Made by a program: the position numbers and the translations under genes. Shown here piece by piece: positions 1-10,079 of a DNA stretch of 64,000 nucleotides; positions within the stretch are counted from its first letter, which is position 1; the number at the start of each line of letters is the position of its first letter. Origin of the DNA: Alphaproteobacteria bacterium (GTDB taxonomy: Bacteria > Pseudomonadota > Alphaproteobacteria > UBA9219 > RFNS01); assembly GCA_016124955.1 (NCBI GenBank), contig WGMR01000004.1:57491-121490 (forward strand), given 5' to 3'. The notes under the pieces are model-generated. The model did not search any database. It was not told the DNA's origin and saw nothing but the letters and a program-made list of their open reading frames with translations.

Positions 1-506
1 GTCTGATCACCGCGCGCAAGGCGGGCGGCAAACGCGCGCCGAACCCGGACAGCATGATCGAAAAAGTCGTCGATCTCGGTTTCGTGGGCGAACCCGACAA
101 GGTCGATCCGCATATTCTGCGGTTGCTGAGCGGCTCCGATATTATCCCCGTCATCGCCCCCGTCGGCACCGGGCCCGATGGCATGACCTATAACATCAAC
201 GCCGATACGGCGGCGGGCGCGGTCGCGGGCGCGCTTGGGGCGCGCCGCTTCATGCTGCTGACCGACGTGCCGGGCGTGTACGACAAGAACCGCGAGATCA
301 TCCCCGAAATCAGCTTCAGCGCCATTGACCGCATGATCGCGGACGGCACCGTCACCGGCGGCATGATCCCGAAGATCGAAACCTGCCGCATGGCGGTGCA
401 GGCGGGCGTCGAAGGCGCCGTCATTATGGACGGGCGCGTGCCGCATGCCGTATTGCTCGAACTCTTTACCGCGCGCGGCGCGGGCACGCTTATTTTGCGG
501 GATTGA
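1..506 (+). CDS. argB: acetylglutamate kinase, C-terminal part (5' end lies outside the window)
   Basis: Open frame runs from the window edge to the stop at 506. The translation (...[33 protein letters not shown]...[10 protein letters not shown]...) matches the amino-acid-kinase C-terminal region of ArgB. Confidence 0.8.
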   Translation, partial: LITARKAGGKRAPNPDSMIEKVVDLGFVGEPDKVDPHILRLLSGSDIIPVIAPVGTGPDGMTYNINADTAAGAVAGALGARRFMLLTDVPGVYDKNREIIPEISFSAIDRMIADGTVTGGMIPKIETCRMAVQAGVEGAVIMDGRVPHAVLLELFTARGAGTLILRD

Positions 507-538
507 CCGTCGATCGCCGGAAGCGTTTTCCGGCCCTA

Positions 539-895
539 TCAAAAAATATCGTTCTCGCCGCGCGCTTCTTCCATGCGCCCGATCTGGTTGGCGATGTGCT
601 TGCCCTGCCTTATCTGCGCGATCGGCAAAACATCCTGTTCGCGGATCGCGGCGATCACATCGTCGTGGCACACAATCTGCACCTGCCCCATCGCCGTTAC
701 CTCTATTTTATCGACCTGCGCGGCCATGCCGCGCTCGGTCAGCCATTCGCGGATCAGCGTAACGAATTCTACGGCCGCAGCGCGGCTCGCGGCAACGGCT
801 TCCTTGCGCGCGGGCGGCGCGCGCTCGTCGCCCGGCAGCCGGTTTTCGGGCTCCGGCGTCAGTTCGATGAAATAGCGGTGAAAGTTATGGCGCAT
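539..895 (-). CDS. hypothetical protein (118 aa)
   Basis: ORF with GC-rich third codon positions, but a plus-strand ORF (503..934) with equally plausible codon usage overlaps it. No family recognised, so which strand codes is uncertain. Confidence 0.3.
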   Translation of the reverse strand: MRHNFHRYFIELTPEPENRLPGDERAPPARKEAVAASRAAAVEFVTLIREWLTERGMAAQVDKIEVTAMGQVQIVCHDDVIAAIREQDVLPIAQIRQGKHIANQIGRMEEARGENDIF

Positions 896-1008
896 GCACG
901 CATGATGCGTGTGCGCTATTTAACAAGCCCTTAAAAAATAGGGTTTTTCCCATGTATTTCACACACAAAAAAATATTTTTCCCGTAGCGCGCGGCGCGGC
1001 ATAAAATC

Positions 1009-1629
1009 ATGGCCATGCCCGCACGCCCCGTCTTTAAACGCGCCCCGAAAACCCCCACTCCCGCATACCTGCATAATGCGGCCTTGCATTACCTTGGCCG
1101 CTACGCGGCTTCGCGCGCGGGCCTGAAAAAAATATTGATGAACAAATTGCGCCGCGCGGCAATGCGCGACCCGGCCTTCGCCGCCGATAAAACCCTGATC
1201 GCGTCGCTGGAGCGCGAAATTGACGCGCTGATCGAAAAATTTGCGGCACAGGGCATATTGAACGATACCGCCTTCGCGGAAATGAAGGTCGCTGGCCTGC
1301 GCCGGGCGGGCGCAAGCGCGCGCGCGATCAAACAGAAACTTCAATTGAAAGGCATCGATCGCGATACCGGCGCGGCCGCGCTTCTGGCGCATGACGAAGA
1401 CGGCGACACGGCGGGCGGCGAGGAGGCTGAATTGGCAGCGGCCATGCGCTATGCCCGCCGCCGGAAACTCGGCCCCTACCGTGCGGGCGCGCCTGCGCCC
1501 GAACAAATGCGGGAACGCCAACGCAAGGATATAGCAACGCTTGCGCGCGCGGGCTTCAGCCTCGATATCGCGAAGCAGATTGTGGGCGGCGATAAAGACC
1601 CGGGTGCCCTAGACCACGCACTGATATAA
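1009..1629 (+). CDS. recX: recombination regulator RecX
   Basis: 206 aa; YLHNAALHYLGRYAAS... plus repeated helical modules typical of RecX. Confidence 0.75.
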   Translation: MAMPARPVFKRAPKTPTPAYLHNAALHYLGRYAASRAGLKKILMNKLRRAAMRDPAFAADKTLIASLEREIDALIEKFAAQGILNDTAFAEMKVAGLRRAGASARAIKQKLQLKGIDRDTGAAALLAHDEDGDTAGGEEAELAAAMRYARRRKLGPYRAGAPAPEQMRERQRKDIATLARAGFSLDIAKQIVGGDKDPGALDHALI

Positions 1630-1788
1630 ATGCAAGGGTGCGGGCTTGCGCGCGGGCTCTTCGGGTTTGCGGGCAAAAACGGAAAGCACGAAACCTACCG
1701 CGGTGCGCAGCATGGCGGCGGGGTTGCGGCCCTTGCCCCCGGTCACTTCAGCCTTGGCGCCATTTGAAAGAAAGCTGAAATTCTTCAT
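1609..1788 (-). CDS. possible small protein (59 aa)
   Basis: ATG preceded by GGGAAGGGAA in the otherwise empty 330 bp gap between recX and yihA. GC3-rich. Overlaps the recX 3' end convergently. No homology recognised. Confidence 0.2.
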   Translation of the reverse strand: MKNFSFLSNGAKAEVTGGKGRNPAAMLRTAVGFVLSVFARKPEEPARKPAPLHLYQCVV

Positions 1789-1962
1789 GTTTGAAATTCC
1801 CTTCCCTGAAATAATTTAAAAAAAAGAACAAAAACAATCCCTGTGAAATTCGCGGCAAGCCCCTGCCGGGTTACAACGCCCGGACATTTTTTATATTTAT
1901 ATGTTTATCAAGGGGTTAGATTGAGGCTGACAGCAAGGCCCGATAAGCCGGCCCCGGGCGGC

Positions 1963-2574
1963 TTATTTAATCGCCGCGATAATCTCGGCGCGCAGCCCGG
2001 TGATGCCTGCGCCGGTGGATGAACTTGTCATTCGCACCGTATGGTCGCCGGCACCTGCGATCCGCAACGTTTCGGTCACCGCATGCAAGACCTGTTCCTG
2101 TTCGGCGGGTTTGATCGCATCGGTCTTGGTCAGCACGGCCTGGAACGCCACCTGATGCTGCGCCAGAAAATCCATGATTCCGAGATCGACCGGCATCACC
2201 CCGCGCCGCGCGTCGATCAGCACCAAAACGCGCCGCAGCGCTGCGCGGGTGGAAAGATAGTGCAGAGAAAGTTCGCCCCAGGCGTGGCGCTTCTGCCCGC
2301 TCGCCTTGGCAAAGCCGTAACCGGGCAAATCGACCAGCACAAACCGGTCGCCCACCGTGAAGAAATTCAATTGCTGCGTCCGGCCCGGCGTGCGCGAAGT
2401 GCGCGCCAGCGCCTTTTGTGACGCGAGCGCGTTGAGCAGCGATGATTTCCCGACATTCGAACGCCCGATCACGGCGATTTCCGGCGCGCGTTCCTTCGGC
2501 AACTGGCCGGGCGCGCCGGCAGCGGCAAAAAAAGCGGCGCTGTTGAAAAGCTGTTTGTCTTTCGTTGCGCTCAT
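1963..2574 (-). CDS. engB: ribosome biogenesis GTP-binding protein YihA/EngB
   Basis: GRSNVGKSSLLNAL (G1) and DLPGYG (G3) motifs. Its ATG overlaps the yidC stop by 1 nt (ATGA). The ORF-track extension to 2799 is only a read-through inside yidC. Confidence 0.85.
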   Translation of the reverse strand: MSATKDKQLFNSAAFFAAAGAPGQLPKERAPEIAVIGRSNVGKSSLLNALASQKALARTSRTPGRTQQLNFFTVGDRFVLVDLPGYGFAKASGQKRHAWGELSLHYLSTRAALRRVLVLIDARRGVMPVDLGIMDFLAQHQVAFQAVLTKTDAIKPAEQEQVLHAVTETLRIAGAGDHTVRMTSSSTGAGITGLRAEIIAAIK

Positions 2575-4301
2575 CAGGAAAGCTTGATGCCAAGCCGCCG
2601 ATAGATAAAGAATTGCTGCGCGATGGAAATCAGGTTGCTGCAGGTCCAGTAAACGATCAGCCCCGAAGCCATGGTCGGCCCCAGCATGAAGGTGAACACG
2701 ATCGGCAGCAGGATAAAAACCTTGGCCTGCACCGGGTCGGCCGGCTGCGGGCTCATCTTCTGCTGCAAGAACATGCTGATGCCCATCAGGAGCGGCCAAA
2801 CGCCGATATGCATGAAGCCAAGGAACCCGGGCGCGTCATAAGGCAAAAGCCCGAACAGGTTGACGATCGTAGTCGGGTCCGGCGCGGAAAGATCGCGGAT
2901 CCAGCCGAAGAAAGGCGCATGCCGCATTTCGATCCCGACATACAAAACCTTGTAAAGCGCAAAGAAAACCGGGATCTGGAATAAAATCGGCACGCAGCCC
3001 GAAAACGGGCTGACCTTTTCGCGCTTGTACAATTCCATCATCTCCACGCTCTGGCGCGTGCGGTCGTCCTTGTAGCGTTCCGTCAGCTTCTTCATTTCCG
3101 GCTGAAGCTTCTTCATGCGCGCCATGGATGTGTAGGATTTAACCCCGAGCGGCAGCACGCAAAGCTTGACCAGCACGGTCAGCGCAATGATCGCGAGCCC
3201 TGTATTGCCGATGATCCCCGCCAGCCAGTCAAGCAGCTTCAAAAGCGGCTTGGTCAGGAAATAGAACCAGCCGAAGTCGATCGCGCGGTCGAAACGCGTG
3301 ATCGATAACGTCTCCCCGTAGCTATCGAGCAGGTTGACGAGCTTGGGCCCGGCAAACAAATGCGTGACATGCTCCACGCTGCCGCCGGGCGCCAGCTTCT
3401 GCGCGGGCCCGCGGAAATCGGTCTGATAGCGGCCATGCTTGGGCTCTTCGTTTTCTTCGCCCGAATATTTGAATTGCGCGACGATCTGTTCGTCCGCGCC
3501 CGGCACAAGCGCCACCAGCCAGTATTTGTCGGTGATCCCGAGCCAGCCGCCGGTGCCCGGCGTAGCGATTGTCTTTTCATCCACCAGCTTGTCATAGCTG
3601 TGTTCGTGCAAGGTGCCGTCGAATACGCCGGTGGGGCCCGTATGTGCGATGCTGATGGCGTCCTCGCCTTCCGGCACGCCATGGCGCAAAACCAGCCCAT
3701 AGGGATGCAGCGTGACCGCGCCCGCGCCCGTGCTGCGTGCGCCGTCGGTCATCGTGAACATCGCGTTTTCATCGACCGCGATCGTGCGCGTAAAGGTTAT
3801 GCCTTGTCCGTTATCCCATGTCAGCGTCAGCGGCTTATCCTGCGTCAATTCCTTGCCGGTCGCACGCCACAGCGTATCGTTATCAGGCAACGCCGTGCCG
3901 GGCGCGTCCGCGAGCCAGCCGAAGGCGGCGTAATAGGCGCGGTGCGGCGCAGCCGACCCGGGCGGCGACAGCAGCACGATCGGCGGGCTGCCGGGGTCTG
4001 CGGTTTCGCGGTATTGCGGAAGCGTCAGATCGTCGATCCGTCCGCCCCGCAGATTGACGCTGCCGCGGAGTGAAGGCGTGTTGATCTGCACGCGCGGGTC
4101 GTCGGCCAGCACGGCGGCGCGGTCGCGCAATTCGAGCTGCGCTTTTTCCTGTTTCTGCGTCTGTTCGAACTTTACAGATTCCTGCACAGCCTGTTGCGCG
4201 CGAAATTGTTCGATCCGCGGGCGTTCATAAAAGAAGTGAAAACCGAGCATGATCAGCACGGAAAGAATAACGGCGTATATAAGGCGCGTATTATCGACCA
4301 T
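2574..4301 (-). CDS. yidC: membrane protein insertase YidC
   Basis: Long periplasmic domain plus the conserved C-terminal 5-TM insertase core (...[24 protein letters not shown]...). Start placed at [14 protein letters not shown] (4301), which fits YidC N-termini; the upstream ATG at 4340 is the alternative. Confidence 0.85.
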   Translation of the reverse strand: MVDNTRLIYAVILSVLIMLGFHFFYERPRIEQFRAQQAVQESVKFEQTQKQEKAQLELRDRAAVLADDPRVQINTPSLRGSVNLRGGRIDDLTLPQYRETADPGSPPIVLLSPPGSAAPHRAYYAAFGWLADAPGTALPDNDTLWRATGKELTQDKPLTLTWDNGQGITFTRTIAVDENAMFTMTDGARSTGAGAVTLHPYGLVLRHGVPEGEDAISIAHTGPTGVFDGTLHEHSYDKLVDEKTIATPGTGGWLGITDKYWLVALVPGADEQIVAQFKYSGEENEEPKHGRYQTDFRGPAQKLAPGGSVEHVTHLFAGPKLVNLLDSYGETLSITRFDRAIDFGWFYFLTKPLLKLLDWLAGIIGNTGLAIIALTVLVKLCVLPLGVKSYTSMARMKKLQPEMKKLTERYKDDRTRQSVEMMELYKREKVSPFSGCVPILFQIPVFFALYKVLYVGIEMRHAPFFGWIRDLSAPDPTTIVNLFGLLPYDAPGFLGFMHIGVWPLLMGISMFLQQKMSPQPADPVQAKVFILLPIVFTFMLGPTMASGLIVYWTCSNLISIAQQFFIYRRLGIKLS

Positions 4302-4569
4302 GCGAAATTTCCTGTTTCGGGCAAGTGGGTACGGGGTCATGGCCGGCGCCGCCCCACGGATGGCAACGGCAGATGCGTTTCAGCGCAAGCGCGGCGCCGC
4401 GCGCGGGGCCGTGGCTATTGACGGCTTCAAGCGCATAGGCCGAACAGCTGGGCGCAAAACGGCAGCGCCCTGCGCCCAGCATCGCCAGAAACGGCGCGGC
4501 GCCGTAACGCCATGCGTATATTGTGGCGCGCAGGCACGCGGCGGCAAATTGTGTGGCGAATTTCGTCAT
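4291..4569 (-). CDS. yidD: membrane protein insertion efficiency factor YidD
   Basis: MTKFATQ...[13 protein letters not shown]...RCHPWGG signature. Sits between rnpA and yidC as in the conserved rpmH-rnpA-yidD-yidC operon. Confidence 0.8.
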   Translation of the reverse strand: MTKFATQFAAACLRATIYAWRYGAAPFLAMLGAGRCRFAPSCSAYALEAVNSHGPARGAALALKRICRCHPWGGAGHDPVPTCPKQEISHGR

Positions 4570-4577
4570 GGCGGCCC

Positions 4578-4931
4578 TTATGCTACCCACATTCCCAGCT
4601 TCTGCAACGCCTGTATCAAATCGCGGCGCAACGCATCATAGTCTCGCTTCGGCGTAGCGGCGCGGGCGATCAGCACGTAATCGCCGGCCCGCACATGCGC
4701 GGGGATCACTTCGCGCGCCAGCGCGCGCAAGCGGCGGCGGGCACGGTTGCGCAAAACCGCGTTGCCGACCTTGCGGCTGGCGGTGAAGCCGAGCCGCACG
4801 CCCGCTTTTTCCTGCGCCGGGCAGGGCAGGCATTGCACGACAAGGCCGGGGGTCGCGCATTTGCGGTTCCCGGCCGCGACGGCAAGGAATTGCGCGCGTT
4901 TCCTGAGGGGTTGTAGGATGGCGGCAGCCAA
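4578..4931 (-). CDS. rnpA: ribonuclease P protein component
   Basis: ...[16 protein letters not shown]...[28 protein letters not shown]... Start assigned to a TTG 14 nt after the rpmH stop; the start codon is uncertain. Confidence 0.7.
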   Translation of the reverse strand: MAAAILQPLRKRAQFLAVAAGNRKCATPGLVVQCLPCPAQEKAGVRLGFTASRKVGNAVLRNRARRRLRALAREVIPAHVRAGDYVLIARAATPKRDYDALRRDLIQALQKLGMWVA

Positions 4932-4945
4932 AACGGCTCCGGCCC

Positions 4946-5080
4946 TTAGGCGGTTAAACGTTTGCGGCCCTTGGCGCGGCGACGCTGCACAACCTTGCGG
5001 CCGCCCTTGGTCGCCTTGCGCGCGCGGAAGCCGTGGCGGCGCTTGCGGACCAGCTTGCTGGGTTGATAGGTGCGTTTCAC
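4946..5080 (-). CDS. rpmH: 50S ribosomal protein L34
   Basis: [44 protein letters not shown] (44 aa), GTG start with AAGGAG 7 nt upstream. Below the 60 aa cut-off of the ORF track. Confidence 0.85.
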   Translation of the reverse strand: MKRTYQPSKLVRKRRHGFRARKATKGGRKVVQRRRAKGRKRLTA

Positions 5081-5242
5081 TGTAAATACTCCTTAACAGT
5101 CTGAAGCGCGGTTTATAGGGTCGCCCCGGCACAGAGTCAACAAAAGGCGGGTTAACGGGCCCGGCGCAGGCCCGGAAACTTGACAAACCTGCCTAAAAAG
5201 GCAGTTTTAGCGCTCGTTTTTTGCAAAAACAGGTCATTAACA

Positions 5243-6466
5243 ATGCGGGATTTCCTGACGCTGGACGATATCGACTGCCACGGCAAAACCGTGCTGCTGC
5301 GCGCCGACCTGAATGTGCCGGTGGACGAAGCCGGCACGGTGACGGACGCGACACGGCTGGAACGGCTTGCGCCGACTATCCGCGATCTCGCCGCCTGCGG
5401 CGCGCGCATCGCCGTGCTTTCGCATTTCGGCCGGCCCAAAGGCAAGCCGGAGCCCGGCAGCTCGCTGCGCCAGATCACACCCGCTTTCGCCCGCGCGCTC
5501 GGGCGCGATGTCAGCTTCGCCGAAGATTGCATCGGCGCGGCGGCACAAGCGGCCATCGGGGCGCTCGGGCCGGGCGGCGTCGCGGTGCTCGAAAACACCC
5601 GCTTCCATGCCGGCGAAACCGCGAACGACCCGGCCTTCACGGCCCAGCTCGCGAAGAACGGCGATATTTTTGTGATGGACGCTTTTTCGACCGCGCACCG
5701 CGCGCACGCCTCCACCGTCGGGCTGGCCGAATTGCTGCCCGCAGCCGCCGGGCGGCTGATGCAGGCCGAACTCGATGCGCTTGATGCCGCGCTGGAACAT
5801 CCCGCAAGGCCGGTGCTGGCGCTGGTGGGCGGCGCCAAAATATCGACCAAGCTCGATCTGCTCGGCAACCTTGTCGCGCGCGTCGATGTCCTGGTGCTGG
5901 GCGGCGGCATGGCCAACACATTTCTGGCGGCGCGCGGCGTCGATGTCGGGCAATCGCTCTATGAACGGGATATGCTCGATACCGCGCGGGAAATCGATGC
6001 GGCGGCGGCGAAAAAGGGCTGCGCCATCTTGTTGCCGACCGATGCCGTCGTGGCCGCAGAATTGCGCGAAAACGCCGTCACCGCCGTGGCCGCCGTCGGC
6101 GCGCTGCCGGCGGGTCAGAAAATTTTCGACATCGGTCCGCAAACGGTGGGCGCAATTTGCGCGAAGCTGACGGAAATGAAAACCGTGGTCTGGAACGGCC
6201 CGCTTGGCGTGTTTGAAATTCCGCCGTTCGATGCGGGCACTTGCGCGGTCGCGAACATGGCGGGCGATCTGACGGGCGCGGGCAAAATAATCTCGGTCGC
6301 GGGCGGGGGCGATACCGTTGCGGCGCTGAATGTCGCGGGCCAGGCGGAAAAGTTCACTTATATATCGACCGCGGGCGGCGCATTCCTTGAATGGCTTGAG
6401 GGCAAGGACCTTCCCGCCGTCGCCGCGCTTCGCGAAGCAAAACGCGCTCAAACAGCGAAGCGGTAG
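5243..6466 (+). CDS. pgk: phosphoglycerate kinase
   Basis: 407 aa from [11 protein letters not shown]; contains [16 protein letters not shown] and GGGA signatures. The last ~7 codons are supplied by the first copy of the tandem repeat downstream. Confidence 0.9.
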   Translation: MRDFLTLDDIDCHGKTVLLRADLNVPVDEAGTVTDATRLERLAPTIRDLAACGARIAVLSHFGRPKGKPEPGSSLRQITPAFARALGRDVSFAEDCIGAAAQAAIGALGPGGVAVLENTRFHAGETANDPAFTAQLAKNGDIFVMDAFSTAHRAHASTVGLAELLPAAAGRLMQAELDALDAALEHPARPVLALVGGAKISTKLDLLGNLVARVDVLVLGGGMANTFLAARGVDVGQSLYERDMLDTAREIDAAAAKKGCAILLPTDAVVAAELRENAVTAVAAVGALPAGQKIFDIGPQTVGAICAKLTEMKTVVWNGPLGVFEIPPFDAGTCAVANMAGDLTGAGKIISVAGGGDTVAALNVAGQAEKFTYISTAGGAFLEWLEGKDLPAVAALREAKRAQTAKR

Positions 6467-6544
6467 CGCGTTAAAAAACAAACGCTCAAACAGCGAAGCG
6501 GTAGCGCATAGAAAAACCACGCTCAAACAGCGAAGCGGTAGCGC
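6445..6544. repeat. tandem repeat, 3 copies of a 25-nt core (CGCTCAAACAGCGAAGCGGTAGCGC) with 12-13 nt A-rich spacers, period 37-38
   Basis: Cores at 6445-6469, 6483-6507 and 6520-6544. The same core, inverted with one mismatch, recurs at 62328-62447. Confidence 0.75.
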
Positions 6545-6556
6545 TTTATATTAATA

Positions 6557-7372
6557 TTATATTTCCGGCCAGGCTTCCTGAAGCCGCGGGCCGATGCGCA
6601 CAGGCGCGATCGCGGTCGCAAGCCCCGTATTGTCGCTTGTGACCACAAGCGTGCCGCATACCGTGCCTTCACCTTCGGCGGGCGCGAGCCTTTCGCCCGG
6701 TATCTTGCGGGTGAAGCGCCAGATCGCGGTTTCCTTCTTCATGCCGATCACGCTGTCATAATCGCCGCACATGCCGGCATCGCCCTGGCAGGCGGTGCCG
6801 CCGGGCAAAATTTGCGCGTCCGCCGTCGGCACATGCGTATGCGTGCCGACCACGGCCGAAATGCGCCCGTCCAGAAAATGCGCGAACGCCATTTTTTCCG
6901 AACTTGCCTCGCCGTGAAAATCGACAAAAATCGCGGCCACGCTCTGGCCCAGCCGGTGTTTTTGTAAAAATGCGTCGATCAGGGCAAAGGGGTCATCGAG
7001 CGGCTCCATGAACAAGCGCGCCATGATGTTGATCACCAGAAGTTTTTTTCCGCCCGCGCATTCTACAATGCCGTGCCCCTGCCCCGGCGTACCGGCGGGG
7101 AAATTCAGCGGACGCAAAAGACGCGGCATGCTGTCCGCGAGCCCAAGCAGCTCGCGCTGGTCCCACACATGGTTACCGGTCGTGATGCAATCGATCCCTG
7201 CGGCGAACAGTTCTTTGGCGATCGCGCCGGTAATGCCATAGCCTCCGGCCGCGTTTTCGCCGTTCACGATCACAGCGTCGGGCCGCAGCCTTTCCTTCAG
7301 CGCGGGCAAGTGCTGCAACGCGGCTTCGCGGCCGCTGCGACCGACCAGATCGCCAAGGAACAATATACGCAT
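6557..7372 (-). CDS. YmdB-like (TIGR00282-family) metallophosphoesterase
   Basis: MRILFLGDLVGRSGR...VIVNGENAAGG...GNHVWD...DFHGEASSEK...GTHTHVPTAD, the calcineurin-like phosphoesterase motif order. True start at 7372, not the ORF-track 8086. Confidence 0.75.
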   Translation of the reverse strand: MRILFLGDLVGRSGREAALQHLPALKERLRPDAVIVNGENAAGGYGITGAIAKELFAAGIDCITTGNHVWDQRELLGLADSMPRLLRPLNFPAGTPGQGHGIVECAGGKKLLVINIMARLFMEPLDDPFALIDAFLQKHRLGQSVAAIFVDFHGEASSEKMAFAHFLDGRISAVVGTHTHVPTADAQILPGGTACQGDAGMCGDYDSVIGMKKETAIWRFTRKIPGERLAPAEGEGTVCGTLVVTSDNTGLATAIAPVRIGPRLQEAWPEI

Positions 7373-7417
7373 CGCGGTAAAGTGGCGCAGGCGGGCTTTT
7401 TTGTCTAGGCTGGCGCC

Positions 7418-8284
7418 ATGATCGAGGAATTCGCCCCCGCCAAGCTGAACCTTTACCTCCACGTCACCGGGCGGGGGGCTGATGGCTATCATTTGCTCGA
7501 TAGCCTCGTCGCTTTCGCCGACGTGGGCGACACCGTTACCGTAGCGGCCGCCGAGAAATTCTCGCTTTCCGTTACCGGCGTCATGGCGGGCGCGCTGGCG
7601 GGCACCGATATCACGCGCAACACGGTCGCGAAGGTGGTGCATGGGCTGGCGGCAAAGCTGGGGCGGCCGCCCCATGTTTCGGTATCGCTTGAAAAGAACC
7701 TGCCGGTCGCTTCGGGCATCGGCGGCGGCTCGGCCGATGCGGCGGCGGCGCTGCGCGGGCTCGCCCGGCTTTGGAAACTGGCGGAAGATGACCCGCTTTT
7801 GTTTGAAACGGGCAGCACGGCTGGCAAGGATATTCCCGTTTGCATCGCTTCGGTGACACAATATTTCGGCGGCGGCGGCGAACAATTGGGCCCGGAAGTG
7901 GCGCTGCCGCCTTGTCACATCGTGCTGGCCAATCCGGGCGTGCAGGTGGCGACAGCCGATGTGTTCCGCGCCCGCACCGGCAGCTTTTCGCCCGCAGCCC
8001 GGCTTGAAAATACGCCCAGGGATGCCGCCGACCTCGCCGCCATGCTGGCCGCGCGCCGCAACGATCTGACCGAAGCGGCGCTGCATGTCGCGCCCGCGGT
8101 TGGCGATGTGCTGGCGGCGCTGACCGCCACGCGCAACTGCCTGCTTGCGCGCATGCTGGGCAGCGGTGCGACCTGTTTCGGCCTATATACGGACCGCATG
8201 GCGGCCGATGCGGCGGCAGCGCAGCTGCGGCGCAAACAGCCGCTGTGGTGGATCACGCCGGCAAATATGCCCGCACGCATATGA
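7418..8284 (+). CDS. ispE: 4-diphosphocytidyl-2-C-methyl-D-erythritol kinase
   Basis: APAKLNLYLHVTGR...GIGGGSADAAAALRGL... GHMP-kinase motifs. Confidence 0.85.
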   Translation: MIEEFAPAKLNLYLHVTGRGADGYHLLDSLVAFADVGDTVTVAAAEKFSLSVTGVMAGALAGTDITRNTVAKVVHGLAAKLGRPPHVSVSLEKNLPVASGIGGGSADAAAALRGLARLWKLAEDDPLLFETGSTAGKDIPVCIASVTQYFGGGGEQLGPEVALPPCHIVLANPGVQVATADVFRARTGSFSPAARLENTPRDAADLAAMLAARRNDLTEAALHVAPAVGDVLAALTATRNCLLARMLGSGATCFGLYTDRMAADAAAAQLRRKQPLWWITPANMPARI

Positions 8285-8447
8285 AAAGCTCCGTAAAACG
8301 TGGGCTTTATGAGAAAACTGAACGGGTTGCTAAGATCGGTCCGCTTGCGCGACGATCTGTTAACATATTGATTTTAATAGAAAAATAACCCACTATCCGG
8401 CAAACTGGGGGCTCCGGACAAAAAACCAGATTGACAGAGGCGGGCCT

Positions 8448-10022
8448 GTGCAGCCATTTTCCTTGGAAAATCAATCGCACCGAGTCCATTCCGCCGAAGG
8501 AAAGAATCCATACGGCAAACCGGACGATAACCTTTCAAGGAACAGCCTCTTGAAATTCCTCTCTGGCTTGCGGCCGGTTCTCATAGCGCCATCCGATCAA
8601 ATAAGCTCCCTTGTCATCGCCGGTCTTTTGGCGATCGTCATAGGCGGCAGCGGCCATATGCTTGGCGCATCGGGCGGCACCGATTTGAATGTCGGCGTTT
8701 CGGATCTCGGCAAGATCGCGGCCGGCACGGAACCCGCACAAACCGCGGCAAGCGCGGCCACGCCATCGCCCGATACGCTGGCGGCCCCCGAAACGGTCAC
8801 CGCCACGCTTTCAAACCTGCGCGATTTCGCCGTCGCCGCGCTGCCCGCCGCAGTCAAGGAAGAGCCGAAAACGCTCGCCCGCCAGATCGAGATCAAGCGC
8901 GGCCATACGCTGGCACAAATTCTTGACGACGCCGATGTCGATGCCAACAACGCGCATGCGATCGTCGCGGCGCTGCGCCAGGTCTATGATTTACGCAGCC
9001 TGCGCGCCGGGCTCGATATGACCCTGCATTTCGCGCGCGCGCAGGGACAGGAAAAATTCACCGGCCTGACCTTCCAGCCCGGCCTGACCGAGGAAATCAC
9101 GGTCGCCCAGAACGCGGCGGGCGACGGCTGGGAAGCGGTTCGCGCCGAAACTCCGGTCGAACGCCACCGTTTTGCCGCGCACGGCAATATTTCTTCCTCG
9201 CTCTACGAAGCGGGCGACCGCGCGGGCGTGCCGCTGGCGGTGATGGCGGCCTTGATCCGTATCTACTCGCACGAGATTGATTTCCAGCGCGATTTGCGCG
9301 ACGGCGACGCGTTCGAGGTTATGTATGACCAGCCGATGCTGAAAAGCGGCCCGCAGGCCGGTACGGCGGTAGGCGAAGGTACGGTGATCTATGCCGCGCT
9401 CAAGGTCGGCGGCGTGCGCAAAACCGTTTACCGGGTGGTGTTTTCCGATAACACGGCCGAATATTTCAACGAACGCGGCGAAAGCATCCGGCGGGCGCTG
9501 CTGCGCACCCCGGTCGATGGCGCGCGCATGACATCCTCTTTCGGCATGCGCCGGCATCCGATTCTCGGCTATAGCAAAATGCACAAAGGCATCGATTTCG
9601 GCGCCCCCACCGGCACGCCGATCTATGCGGCGGGCGATGGCGTGATCGAAAGCATCGGCACCAACGGCAGCTATGGCCGCTATATCCGCATTCGCCATAA
9701 CGGCAAGATGGCGACGGCCTACGCGCATATGAAGCGTTTTTCTTCCAGCCTCAAGCGCGGCAGCAAGGTCAAGCAAGGCACCGTGATCGGCTATGTCGGC
9801 ACGTCGGGCCGTTCGACCGGCCCGCATCTGCACTACGAAGTGCTGATAAACCGCCAGCAGGTCAACCCGCTTAGCATCAACACCGCGGCGGGCCGCACGC
9901 TTGACGGGCGCATGCTCGCGCAGTTCAAGCAGGGCATCACCCAGATCAACGGCGAGTTCAAGAGCGTGCTCGCGGGCAAGAGCGGCACGCCCGCCGCGAT
10001 CCAGGTCGCCAGCAAGAAGTAA
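8448..10022 (+). CDS. M23-family (LytM-domain) peptidase with N-terminal membrane anchor
   Basis: C-terminal HKGIDFGAPTGTPIYAAGDG...GYVGTSGRSTGPHLHYEV metallopeptidase motifs. GTG start; exact start uncertain. Confidence 0.75.
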   Translation: MQPFSLENQSHRVHSAEGKNPYGKPDDNLSRNSLLKFLSGLRPVLIAPSDQISSLVIAGLLAIVIGGSGHMLGASGGTDLNVGVSDLGKIAAGTEPAQTAASAATPSPDTLAAPETVTATLSNLRDFAVAALPAAVKEEPKTLARQIEIKRGHTLAQILDDADVDANNAHAIVAALRQVYDLRSLRAGLDMTLHFARAQGQEKFTGLTFQPGLTEEITVAQNAAGDGWEAVRAETPVERHRFAAHGNISSSLYEAGDRAGVPLAVMAALIRIYSHEIDFQRDLRDGDAFEVMYDQPMLKSGPQAGTAVGEGTVIYAALKVGGVRKTVYRVVFSDNTAEYFNERGESIRRALLRTPVDGARMTSSFGMRRHPILGYSKMHKGIDFGAPTGTPIYAAGDGVIESIGTNGSYGRYIRIRHNGKMATAYAHMKRFSSSLKRGSKVKQGTVIGYVGTSGRSTGPHLHYEVLINRQQVNPLSINTAAGRTLDGRMLAQFKQGITQINGEFKSVLAGKSGTPAAIQVASKK

Positions 10023-10079
10023 TTCCAGGGGAAAAGTTATTTACGGCGCAGCGCGCATGCGCCGGCGCAGGGCCGCGTA

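Noticed and set aside
1963-2799. 278-aa ORF-track version of yihA extending into yidC
   Set aside because: The N-terminal 75 residues are read-through inside the yidC coding region. The real YihA starts at MSATKDK (2574), giving the conserved ATGA overlap with the yidC stop.
5237-6526. 429-aa ORF antisense to pgk
   Set aside because: Typical high-GC antisense shadow ORF. Its translation is Arg/Ala/Gly-rich and featureless, whereas the sense strand encodes a full-length, motif-perfect phosphoglycerate kinase.
6445-6544. Possible CRISPR array (regularly spaced direct repeats at 6445-6544 and 62328-62447)
   Set aside because: The repeat unit is 25 nt with spacers of only 9-13 nt (period 35-38) and three copies per locus. 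Spacers are near-identical low-complexity A-rich strings, no cas genes are present, and one copy is translated as part of pgk. This fits REP/BIME-like extragenic repeats, not CRISPR.
8285-8447. Possible small gene or ncRNA in the ispE/M23-peptidase spacer
   Set aside because: There is no ORF with an RBS and no recognisable RNA motif; it is most likely just the promoter region of the peptidase gene.
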